From: Marsupella aquatica
Lineage: Eukaryota > Plantae > Marchantiophyta
Assembly (NCBI GenBank): GCA_973895155.1
Contig: OZ316899.1
Location: forward strand, 12,651,934 to 12,715,933
Reading direction: 5' to 3'
Length of the DNA: 64,000 nucleotides
The translations under genes and the position numbers were made by a program. The notes beneath the pieces are model-generated. The model had not been told where the DNA came from and made no database searches. It worked only from the letters and a program-made list of their open reading frames with translations. Below, in pieces: positions 11,670 to 26,612 of this stretch. Position 1 is the stretch's first letter, and every line of letters starts with the position of its first letter.

Positions 11670-12218
11670 GGAGTACTACTGGTCTGGTGAAGGAACTCCT
11701 TAAGTAGCAACAATCTGGATGTCAATGGATGAGGCAGTTTAGTGATTTGGCTAGGTTATAGTCGCTTTGTGGTGGACATGCAATGTGCTTTGTAGGACCT
11801 TTGTATCTCTATATCATACTGAATCTGAATAAAGACTCCCTCATGTTTTTCATTTTGAATGCATGTGCCAATTAATGTCACCACTGTCATTAACATCGCG
11901 CGGATATAGTAACGTTGCAATACACGACGTCTTTGGTTTAATACGTACCCTAAAACAACGTAAGTTAGTTTAATGTCGTTTTAAGTGGAGAATCAACGTC
12001 GTGTGGAGTAACGTAAACTGGGTCGTGGCTAAATTAACGTCTTTGAAGGCTCAATAAAACGACGTTAATTGGAATTAACGTCTGGCTGGTACGACGTAGT
12101 TTGAAGATACATTGGTCTACCGAACGTAATAGTCATACAACGACGTTACCCACAGATGCTACAAACCCACATGAAGGTGGCCATAACAAATATATACATG
12201 CACTGAATACATTTATGG

Positions 12219-15200
12219 TCATGGATCCATATCATCTACAATTACTGAAGCCATCAAACCCTTCCTCCGTCGTGGGAAGATGGGAATGACGATGGACCAT
12301 CCTCTCATAGTGTGCATCGGAACCATAATACACTGATCCACCTGGCTAGGAAATACTATAGTGTCACTAACCTCAGTCCCAGATGGTGCTACACGAGTTG
12401 TGTCTACCCGATAGAACCCACACTCATCTTTCACCATGGTGGCTCTATGTGGAGGTGACATGATGGATTTGTGCCACCGCACCTCTAACACAATAGTAGT
12501 AAATGACCCAAAGTGAACGTCTAAAATATCCAATATAGTGCCACAATAGGGAATCTCAACATCACCTGGGTCTGTCAACATGAACACTCCTGAGTTACAT
12601 GTACTCTTCTTCATGTGATCTGTCCTCCAAGTGCGAAAGTGGTGCCCTAACTCATACATGTGTGTATGGGTCGTTGCCCACAACCCTGGTCCCCTAATGA
12701 TGTTCTGTACATCAATGGGAATGGATAAGGGTCCATGCGCTGCAAGGAGCCTATCCATGCGCTCCAATGCCCATACGCAAAATAATGCATACCGTCGTGC
12801 AACTATCGGTTGCTGCTCCAAGAATGCACTGCAAAAAATGTATGAATCCATGAGAATATTGCGACCTCATCCACAGAAGTGCTCCTTGAACCCACTCTAA
12901 CTTCTACACACATAGAATGTAGAACAACGTCTATTGTTAGATTAACATATATATAGAGTTGCATATATGTACCTATGCAACTCCCTCCACTGAGACATCT
13001 CTGGGCGATTTCCCAACACATAATTGTGGATCTATAGGCAAAGTATGTTGTCATGTAGTGAACGCTTTTTTGATGCACCCATCAAACGCAACCCACCATT
13101 GTCATCATCTTGTGCCTCTTCCCAAGCTGTGGGAGCTTCTGTGTCCAAACTCCCTATCATCCCTCCGGAATAAAAGAGGCACTCCGACATGATATACCCC
13201 GTTGCCATACTTCCCTCTGGTCGAGCTGGTTGACGCACCATGGACTTGAGCACTTTCATGAAGCGCTCTACCCAATACATCCAACGTGCATGGACAGGAC
13301 CAGCAATCGCGACCTCATCCACCAAGTGACATAGTAAATGCAATTGCGTGTCAAATATGCATGGGGGAAACACCTTCTCCATATTGCACATCACGCGAGA
13401 TGACCTCTCCCTCATCAAAGGAATCTCAGACTCCTTTATCTCCTTAGCGCATACCCACCTATGTTCCTCCTCAAAACCATCAAAGATTTTGTATATCAGA
13501 TCCACATAGGGCCATAGAAAAATGAGTTTGAAATACTTGTTGAATTACATGGCTCCTCAAGCGGTAACAAGAACTTGCAAGAGAGCAATGGAAGAGAGGG
13601 TACGTTATCATACCTAAAAATGGAGCACATCTCATATATAGTCAGACGGAGTAAACGACGCTCCCGGGAATCATCACAACAATGCAACACTGCTGGTAGC
13701 ACATGTTGTATCAACTTGTGATAATCATGAGACTTCAACCCTATTGGGGGTATGTGATCATTCCTTGTAGTGCACCCACAAAAACTAGCTCTGTAATGGC
13801 TAGGGAACTTCATCTCGCTTATCATCCCATTCATGTCCTTCAAAACCTCTCTTGGAAAAATCCAAGGACCAGGAGGTTTCTCCCCAGTACGTGTTATCCA
13901 ACAACTCTTCACTACTCCAACCCTCTCAGCATCCTCTCGGACTCCACGAGTGTCATTCGTCCCATAAATGTGCTTCACCAAGTTCTTAGCAACATTCACT
14001 TCAATGTGCATGGGGTCCAACAACCATCAAACCTGGAGTCTCTGGAAATTGAAATAACATATTGAATCAGTTGCAATCTCTAAATTAAGCATTTTATTGG
14101 TCTAATTTGCTGTAAAGGAACCATGCACTTCTATCACTTACCCTCCAATAAGGCAAGTCCCACATAGCTAAGCGTTGGTTTACTCCACAATCCTTGGGTT
14201 TCAGTAACTTTGCTTCCACCTTCTCTGCCATTTGAATTCGTCCTTCAGCTGAAGGGCCATTAGGACATGGCCGCACTTCAGTCTCTGCCCAATGTGTTGT
14301 GTTTTGTCGCAAGTGGTCATCCATTGCCAACCGGACCCTACTGCCCTCATATGTGGTTTTGTGCAGTAGTCTTGGGTACCTCCCACGCAACTCTGGGCCA
14401 CATGAAGGGCAAGCTGAAAAACCTGCCACCTTCAGGCCATATATTGTCCCCATACCTGCCATTTCATTGAACCATGTTCAGACCACAAATAACCCCAACA
14501 CTTGCATTGTACATGACATTGTGCAAACAATAGTCATTGGGTTGCCCAATGAATTACCTGGACCATCTGTGGTGCAATGAGTGATCATCACCCTCATATT
14601 GAAGGTCCTGCCATTGCCTGCTTCACGAGTGACATCTGTTGTCACTGCTCCAACCTCCCATAGATTATGTAGCTCTTCATAAGCTGGAGCCAAACAGATA
14701 TCAGGATTCTTACAGGCCTTGGGTCCAGGAATTATAGCTAATAGAAGCACATGACCCTTCTTCATTGCCAACCATGGAGGGATGTTTTGATTTATCAAAA
14801 GAACAGGCCAGATGGACTTAGGCTTCCGTCGTTGTTTATACGGGTTCACTCCATCGATTGCCAACCCCAAACAAACATTTCTTGGCTCCTGGGCAAAATT
14901 TGGCCAAGTGGCATCAATGTGCTTCCACGTTGGACTATCTTGGTGGTATTGCATTATCCCTGGTGGGGATTTGTTCTCCACATGCCAAGTCTGTAGTGTG
15001 GATAAGTGCTTTTGTCGGTAGAGATGCTGAAGTTGGGGAGTGATTGGGAAATAACGAAAAACCTGCCAGATCCAATGTAACGTCGTCAATTTGACGACAA
15101 TCACACTAAACGTCCTTCCACACTACGTATTATTAAAACTAACATCGTGGAGGACGACGTTTCTTACATACGATGTACCATGCGACGTTAGTTATTGCAT

Positions 15201-16208
15201 CCCATACGACGTAAAAACAAAAAAAACGTCAGGTGGAAAGACATAAAGTGAGATGGATGACGTAAAGTAATCAATTACATAGTCATGTACGACATTGTTT
15301 GAAAGAATGCAACGTTAAAAGTTGAACTTTCTTGTTCTCACATTGCGTTGAGGAAAACATTACCTTTTCTGCAATCTTGTCTCCAATGGCGTCTGGTCGA
15401 TACCGTGGAAGCCTACAATGCTCCTCTGGGCAGTGAGTGTGATCCTTGTACACCCCTCTATACAAGATGCACCCACCTGGGCACATGTGGATAGTCTCTA
15501 AAGCCAATCCAATTGAGGCTAACAACTTCTTAGCCTCCCTCACACATCCAGGGAGAGTGTTTGGTTGGGGCAAGAGTTTTCCATGGAACAATTGGAAGAG
15601 TGCATCTGTATGGACATCTGAACCATTGAAAACTCCTTGCAAATTCAACATCAACAAAGTTGCACCCAACCTGGATTTGCAAAACCACAAACACCAGACT
15701 TTTTGCAGTTAGTCCAAGTAGCTAGATGGCATGCCTGGCACTACAACTTAGACTGCCCAATATTCACTGGATGAAATTCCAGAGTTGTGATAATTTTAGG
15801 ACAACCTTACAGTGAGGATGGAGATCCCTCAAATAGTGGTGTTCTGGCTTCAGTCTCCAAGTGATCCCAATCTTCTTGATCCACTTCCATGATAGGGTGC
15901 TCGGCGTCAGGTGCACGAGGTCCAAAGTGAACGTCAACAAGGTGGGCAAAGGCATCTTCTTCAAGGATAGGGTCATCTCCCTCATCTCCCTCGTCGTCAA
16001 CATCATCATCCAACTCTCCATCATCATCCAACTCTCCATCATATGCGTCATGGTACTCCTCATCCTCATCGTCCATCTCATCATGGTCAAGGGGCTGACC
16101 CTCAGCATCCTCCTTGTCTGAGAAATGTAAGGTGGCACGTACATGAAAGGCACGGGCTGATGTAGTCATCATTGATGGGTGAGGTGTGGGAGTAATATGT
16201 ACACCATC
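12219..16208 (-). pseudogene. EnSpm/CACTA TnpD (Tnp2) transposase, multi-exon (Transposase_21, DUF4218 and DUF4216-like regions)
   Basis: IHMCPGGCILYRG, YFPITPQL, DSPTWKHID, EPRNVCLGLAIDGVNPY, LDPMHIE, GLKSHDYH, RWMYWVERFM..RPEGS, FPSQVDQ. GT-AG introns, e.g. 15810-15671 and 15363-15063. Confidence 0.9.
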
Positions 16209-16341
16209 CTAGAGTTTTCAATATGCAATGACAAATCACAATTAGAGAAAGGGTTTCCGTGATAAAGCTTACAGTGAAACATCAATAATGAAAAATGCAA
16301 GGGTCACCCCATAATGAATATGTCATGTACACATGTAAACA

Positions 16342-17168
16342 TCAATGCCAATCATAATCTACGAGAATCTCTTCCCCTGCTCTAATGGTGCGGGTAGCAT
16401 GTGTCAAGATGTAATGCGTGCATGCTATAGGCAACGAGGGTGACTCTGGTCATGGAACTCGTGCCACTCAGCGTTTGGCCTAAACCCTGAACGCCGAGAA
16501 CCAATAGTGCTGTTGATGTAACCCGCCAAGTTCCCCGTGCGAGGTGGGTAACCATCAATCTGAGCATACCTAGGGTCCAACTTTAGTGACATGCCATATC
16601 AACTAAAGGTTGGGCACTGTCGGGACAAGATGTGCCATCTCGCCGCCAAATACTTGGGCCCATAGAATGGAAACAACTGAGGCAAATCATCGGGTGCACA
16701 ACCGGTAGGGACCACGATATCCACAAGAGCAAATACTCCAAGTCCTACATGAGTCCCCAATGTGGAGGGGAGGATGACCCATGGGCGGTCCCAAACTATA
16801 ATAGGCTCCCGAAGCGGGAGGTCCATAGGGAGTCCAAACTGGGCTGGGAAGGAGTCCTTTAAGATGTCCAAGGCTCTCCCTCGCAACTGTCTCGGTGCTC
16901 GGGACACCGATGCATCAAGAAAAGGGCATCGGGGCGGAACAATCCTAGGTGGACGGGACTCAATCGATCGGGGTCTAGTGGTCACCACTACTCCCCTCTC
17001 AATAGGGTGCATCCTAAACACTCTCCTCCTCCTCCGAAATACACGGTCTATCTCCCTCAATGTGGCTGGCAAATCGGATGGATGGACAAGTGGTGCGAGT
17101 GCACGATATGCAATGTCTCTCAAGCGGTCCACAGGCGAAGATCGCACTACAATAGGAATCTGTTCCAC
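16342..17168 (-). pseudogene. SET-domain protein (lysine methyltransferase-like) inside the CACTA-type element; one stop and one frameshift
   Basis: Manual translation gives STLGTHVGLGVFALVDI...FYG, then (through TGA 16599-16601) IDGYPPRTGNLAGYINST...PNAEW, then (1-nt frameshift ~16440) ATRTIRAGEEILVDYDWH*. These are the SET motifs in the correct order. Confidence 0.8.
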
Positions 17169-18286
17169 ATGTTCACCAAAACAAGTTCAGAATATGACAA
17201 TCAAAAAACAATTCAAGGAAGGAGATGTTATCATAATTGCAATACCCAACAAAATTGTATTACCTCTCGGGTCGGGGGGGTGTAACGACCATGGATCCCT
17301 AAATGGCTAAGGACAGTGGTCCTCTCGTGTAAGACAACACCCTTGCATCGTCTGCAAGGGCAAGGCATCTTGCGAACTGGCCAATCCCCTGAAGAGCAGC
17401 CATGGCCTCTCCAAATCCATCAGCATGATGGGGGCTCCGGCCTCTCCTACCCCGGAACGATATCTGCGTCGACGACACCTGGATCGGTGATGCCTAGATC
17501 GATCATACATGTCTGGTGAGTAATCTCTCCCGGTTCAACAGGTCGTCCCTCCCCCTATGATGATGGTCATCTCTGCGTCGGGTGTAAGTACCCCCACCAT
17601 GGTCCTCATAGGATGAGTCATCCCTCCTCCTCCCTCCCTCGTCATCCCTCCTCCTCCGCCGCTCGTCATTGCTCCTATAGCCCGATGAAGCTTAACTCCC
17701 CCTATGCCGATGATGGTGTCTATGTTGGTGAGAAATACCGCCATGCTCATCGTCATCATCACACGAGTCATCCCTTCGCCTATCCGACTCATCATACGTC
17801 CCCCTATGATGATGATGGTATCTGTGCCGATGATGCCTGCCCCCATCATGGTCCGATGCATAGGTTGCCATGTCCCCTGTGATCAAATTTACAAAGGCCC
17901 CCACAACATATTAAACCCCAAGCATAAACGTATCCCGCTACGTTAACCAAAATAACGTCCATCCACACGATGTTCTTCTAAAATTAATGTCGTTTTTTAG
18001 GTTGTGGGGAGGTTGCTGAATTTAGTTTACGTCATAATGTATGACGTACTTAATAAGTTAACGTCATTTGGTATGACATAATTATGTGTAACGTCGCCAC
18101 TAAACCCTACACCCCTGGTTAACGTTGTGATTAATGACGTTAAATTAGGGTAACGGCGGGTCTCCAATGTTCGTGGGCTACGGTTGTTTTCCTTTAACAA
18201 AACACCGGGAAGTGACTCAAATGTGACTCACATTCAACATTCAACACTTCCCCTCTCCCCCTCTCGACCTCCTATCTTAACAGTGA

Positions 18287-20620
<2,334 letters not shown>

Positions 20621-21699
20621 ATTAGGGTATACCATGCATGACTAGGTGGACGTCCACCTGCATTTTGTACATTTTTGGCAAAAACTTTTGACGCCATCCA
20701 TTTATAGTGGCATTCCGGACTTCATATGTCTATTTTATGTGTATTCCGTGTGTATATGAACCTAAACCTAAAGCCCACCCAACTAAGGTAGCTTGGAAGG
20801 ATGTTCCATACAAGATTAATGTTTACCACAAACGACACTCCATTCACGTCTCTCCATTCTTGGTACTATTTTCAAACATTCTCGTTAACACCATTTTTAC
20901 CAAGCCTCACACGACTTACTACTCATACGTCCTGGACAGACTCATCATTAACAAAGTCACAAACTACGTAATCTGACATTAACGTCGTTTTAAACGATGT
21001 TATCAGCTGATTTCCCTATTCAATCTGCGTCCAGAATAACGTCTTTATTTACGACGTTAATATGTAACGTAGTATGGACCGACGTATGTAATGTCGTTTT
21101 GGACGATGTAAACTGTAACCTTTGTTACTTTGTACAAAATGTGCCCTCATTCACGTCGAGTATGTCGCCTTTCTTTAGTAGCAAGGAGACGTCGGGCTTA
21201 ACGTCTTCATGTAACACATAAAAAGTCCTGATAATGTAGTTGTGACATGAATAATGTTGTCATTGAATATCCCTGCTATTTAGATACAGCATCATGTCAT
21301 AACAGTCCAGTTCAGAAAGCGCAGTTCAGCCTACGAGAAGGAAAAATAAAATCCATGCAGGGATGGAGTAATTTATGGTGGGACCCACCCTAAATCCAAT
21401 TATAGGCTTAAAACCGATCGGCGAAGAAGAGTTCTGGCATTTGCAATATTGGAGCCGGACAGAATGTGAAAACTAGCGCCAGGCACTAACAAAGCTTTAA
21501 CAGGGACAAAAGTTTAAGTTAAGGGACAACAACATGACAATAACCAGATAAAATTTAAAATTTAACAATATTAATGTTCTGGAACCAGCACCAGGCGCTA
21601 ACCAAAAGCAAGAAAAAACCAGTGTAATATCCGTTGACTACAGACAAAAACCATAGTATCCGTTACAAAAAATGACAGTCTCTAGAATGTCATATTACT

Positions 21700-24600
21700 C
21701 TACAAACCATTCGCGTTCTGCCTATCCAGCACCAGTCTGACTTCCACAACTATGAAAATGGGCTGGCTACACAGGGTAGACTCCTCTACATGAAACTTGA
21801 AGACATTTATAAACACCCAATACAAATGTTTACAAGGCATATATGGCTTGCCACAAGAATGACGACGGAAGAAATCCTCACAGGAACAGGTTGGGAAGAC
21901 GCAAATTTGGACAAAGTAAGTGTTTGGGGATCGAAGGTTATCGTGGGTCCGGATTTTGAATTGCTTCCCAAATGCAATTCCAATACCCACATCCCACTCG
22001 CCATCCAAAGTCATAGCTTCTTTCCGAGCCGATTCCATTTGTGTACTGTGAGCCAAAGTTAGATTTGATCAAGGTCTAGAGTTTCTCCCATTCCTGGTCC
22101 GAAGGCGTACGTTGGGGTTGGCGAAATTGATTCTTTCAGGAAATGCGTTTACATTAATTCTCAAGTTGAATGGAACAGGTGCATCTCGAGACGTCACAGC
22201 TGTTTGGACCATTGAGACTCCCTGTGCTTCAAGGATCTCTACCTCGACAGGTGACAGGTTGGTCCCTTTCACAACTGGCAAGATATCCGGCACAGGAGGA
22301 AGGCGTTCAACACCACGACGCGGGCGGCTCTTGTAGCATGTTTTGTTTGGGCAGAACCATATCATTTCTGCAATGGGTGTGCCTCTGAAAATGCGATGTC
22401 TGCTGACAACAATGCCGACAACACCTATTGCCGAATGGAACCCAACTTTTTTGACAGGATTTCAACACTCATCCCTCTCAGAATTTCCAGGCAAAGTCCC
22501 ATTGCACTGAGGCCCTGCACCATATTTGGCCGTCCGCCGCAAATGCCAGGTCCCTCTAGGAACATCCATTTCCAAAGGAGTTGACTCTATTGGCAAACGT
22601 TGAAGAACAGCCAGAGCACTGAGTGGGGGTTGCAATGATGTTGCTATTCCTCTAGCTTCAGGGGTGTTCGCGAGGAAATCACTTCCATTCGTTGAAGTGT
22701 CGCTCCCGCCGAGGTCAACTATGGGATCTGTTACATTTGCGGGAAAGGAAGTGAAGACGGTGTTGTTGAGATTCTTCCGTTTGAACCCTTGAGTATTGGG
22801 TGTAGTGATGAGAATGGTGTCATGCCGATGGGAGTCTTGTGGCAAGACAATCCCAGTTGCAAGTCCCTTCCTCTTAACCGACCTTGTGATAATATCTCCA
22901 TTAAGAGGAGAGCTCCTATCCAGATCCAAATCAGCAGAGTTGGAAAGAATCATGTTGGTTGCTTCTTCAAATAACTTGGGTGAACCAGATTGGTCTGCGG
23001 ATTGGAATGCTAATTCCCAGATAGTTGGCCCCTTCCCTGTATTGAGTCCCTTTTGATATGCGTTGTAACCCGCAACTTGTGACAAAGCTCAATTTTGATC
23101 AACTTTGCATGCTTCAAAGAGACCCACCATTTTTTTGTAGCCCATGCTTTCATGGAGGCGTGCCTTGACTCTGACCTGGTACAGTTTGGAATGAGCGCAC
23201 CTTCTTATGCGCTTTTGCTCTGCAATAAAACCCGTCTAGACAAAGTTTAGTTCTTTTGTATAAGCAGCGCCAAGTGCTAGCAATGAGTAGGAGATAATAA
23301 AAGAAGGTTTATTGGTACAAGTTTCTTTTTCTGTAATGTTTGAAGGTTTTTTGAGTGAAAATTAAAGCAGCGCATGGCGCTAGTATAAACACACTGAGGT
23401 TTGACTAATAAATGCATCAGGAAAACTTACCACACAAATGAAATTCCCCCACTAATGCCATCGAACAACCCATTGAGATATCCAACTCTGCAACATCATC
23501 AACTTTCCTGGGACACAGTTTCTCGCTTGCCACCACAACACGATCTCCCTCGAAACTCGATACGCCGCAACAAACGTTGGAGCATTCCGCAGTTTCTCCC
23601 ATAGTTGCCGATGGTCTGGTTGCTTACCCTCCAAAACTCCTTCTGTAGAATGTCGATGGAAAGACTGGTAAAAGTGAAATGCATCAGAGCGTTCAACCCT
23701 CCAAAAAAGACATTGTGAACGGCGATCCATCCAGCCTGAGCATTGTCAACCATAAAACCTTGAATGACAACGTCCTATAACCCATTTTCCTTACAAACCT
23801 CAATCATAATTCTCCACGCTTTCTCAAAGGACTCCATGTCTTCAACTTTTAGTTCGCATGTGAAGATTGTACAAAGAGCTCGGAAGTTGTGATCGTAAAC
23901 GTGTGCATTGAAAGTAAACCAGTCGGTTGTCACTCGCTTCATCACATCAAAACTCACCCAAGTTCCTTCCAATCTTTTGCTGGGTTGCATCTGCCGGAGA
24001 AGATCTACACCAGATCCATGACCCTTGACTGTCATTTTGAATATATGGGGCCTATCTGCTACACAACCCTGACCCGATAGGAGGTACCTTTGGAGGAAAG
24101 AAATGTTATTTGACCTTTGCATCCGAGCTAGGAAATCTAACTCACCACAACCAGCCTAGTCCATTTGAACGCTAACCCCAATGTTTTCGCAAAGAGCTTT
24201 CACGAGCAAACCGGTTGCAGAATTCAAAATACCAGTTGGCTTTGCTAGAGGATTGGCTTCATGATTTTTTCTTATCAAATCCTCAGCTATCTTCTCAACA
24301 CTCCTTGAGAAAACTTTCCTACTCGGATGGTTATGCTCACCTATATGAACTGCGAGCCGAGACATGTGACTACAAGTCTGTGTATCAAGAAGGACTTGAG
24401 GGTACATATAAAACAAGCGAGCAGGGCAAGACTTCACACAGAAAGGAATCTGCTCACAATAGTGACAGACTACACCACCCTCTTCAATCAACAAACCCAC
24501 CATGTGCTGGCCATTGAGTTTAGGAGCACCATGCCAGGCCTTTGCATTGCATCTCTTCTTTCGCTGAAAGTACTCACAAAACTTGTTCCTGCACTTGATG

Positions 24601-25031
24601 AACCCGATACACGTAACCTTACCAAATTCCCAATGTTTCTTTGGATGCACGTTCGCAGTTGTCGGAAAAATTTGGGTCCAAATGTAACAATCTTTGGCGC
24701 GGTCCATGTCACGAAGTCTAAATCCCTTGGAGAGCGTTCCCTCAATGGGAGGCAGTTCAAATACAACATTTCCGTTGTACTTGTCTGGCAAACAAGGAAC
24801 TTGCTCATGCCGGAAGTCCCCTGTCGAGATAAACCTTGACAGTTCACTATGTCTCGTGGCCTTGAGTAAGGCGTCCATCACACTCCTCCGGTAGACTTTA
24901 TGACGACCTCCGGAGGTAGCCACCGGCTCATCCTTAACAAAAGCGGAAACCGGAACTTTGTACTGCAATGAAGGAGTGGGTGCAACATCACCATCTTCAC
25001 TGTCAGATATGTCAACAACAACAACAGGAAT
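21700..25031 (-). pseudogene. MuDR/Mutator-like transposase (GCM/WRKY-like Zn domain, DDE core, C-terminal SWIM), main part
   Basis: SCPARLF...HIGEHNHP; WVSFD, FMVDNAQA, DAFH, SESRHAS; SWIM CSCEDF...CKHLYWV; intron ~23430-23236; several stops. Confidence 0.75.
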
Positions 25032-26612
25032 TGTGATGCCTAGCCAGGAATCACTAGGCCGGTTTACATGGTAAAAGCAGGAATGTACCCTAGAAACACC
25101 TTAGTATAGTAACAAGACAAGGAAAATATAAACAATTAAGGGTGACAATGGAACCCGGGCCGAGGCCGGAAGTAAGGACGTCGGGGGAGAGAACACGATT
25201 AGGGTTAGGGCGCACTAAGCATCGGTGGCTAGGGGTGACCAACGGGAGGGAAGACCAGAGGAGGAGAGGGGTAAGGACCGCTCGCGAGGAATGGTGGCTC
25301 ATTTGCAAGCACGAACTGGGCAAACGACTACGGGAGGCCAAATACTGTCAGCTGCTTAGGCAAGCACTCTGGGTGGGAACAGATACCAACGATCGAGTCA
25401 AGGAGGGTATGAGCAACGTCAATCAAGCGGCACATTTTTGGGGATGCCTGTTCGAACGGGCAACTGAGTACATTGGGACTTACGAGGACGAAGAATCAGA
25501 GAGAGCAACTCGAGAACGGCAGGAGCTCGCTCGACTGTGGGAGCTGCAGAAGTTTGCCTTCTTAGGAGGAGAACTCATCAAGGCTGAGTTCTTGTGGACT
25601 CCTACTGCCAATCAGCTCGATGACCTTCTGTTTTGCGAAGACAGAATCGTCGGCATTCGGGAAGCCATCAACCGCTGCAACGACGTGCACTGGGAGTTGA
25701 AGGGTAGCACGGAGGGGTGGACAAAGGCAACTGTGCTAGGAGAAACATCCACGACAACCGAGATGAAGAGGAAAGGAAACAACAACGAAGAGGCCACCCT
25801 AGCAAAAAGAACGAGGTTGGCGGCACCAAGGAAGCTAGCAGAGCAGCAGAGCAGGAGGCAGGGAGAAGCCGAAGAGGAGGAGGTTGATCCCATCAATGCC
25901 ATTCCAACAAAGGGTGACACCTGGAAAGGCTGGGCGGCGACCCTACCAAAGGAAGTGCAATTACATTTTGCACGGGAGGAGGATGCATGCTTTACGGCCA
26001 TGCAGACCAAGAAGTACCAGGGCTTCATGGCCGAATCCAGCTTGGAAACCTTCGTAAGATTACCATGGCTGAAGCCGGAGGTGCCGGACTCAGACTTATT
26101 AGAATTTGTGGGATCATGGGAACCCGAGACCAATTCCACGAGGGTGTATGGGAAGGATTTCTATCTCACTCCCCGGGTGATTGCCGAGGTGTTTGGCTTG
26201 CCGATGGGTAATAAGACCAAGGTTGATACTAGGAAGACCTTACCTGACAAGGAGTTCCGGTCGTTCCCAGGACCATCAACAAAGAATGGCTTCTTCCGGA
26301 ACACCTGCACCAACCCACACATCGGAGAGATGATCAATTTCTTGCGGGTGACCATGCATTGTAACTTGCCAAGGGCAGAGATCGGCAAGGCTCAGGTCTA
26401 CCTGGCAGAAAGGCCAGACCCAAGCCGGGATTACAACGGGTACCTCCTCAACCAACTGAAGAAGATCTTGAAGGAGGAACAGCAGGTGATCGGCGTGGGA
26501 AGCGTGTCCCGGCTTGGCTATCACATGCCGTTGTTGTGCCGGTATGCCAGAAGTCAAATCTTTGCCCCAGTACTTCCCCTATCGGCAAGGGCACCGGAGG
26601 AGGTTCTGGAGC

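Noticed and set aside
17307-17946. His/Arg/Asp-rich short ORFs in the CACTA-type element
   Set aside because: Low-complexity sequence open in several frames; possibly an upstream exon, but no product can be supported.
25199-25210. TTAGGGTTAGGG telomere-like repeat (also in the other LTR-A copies)
   Set aside because: Only two units; at most a telo-box-like motif, not an interstitial telomere.
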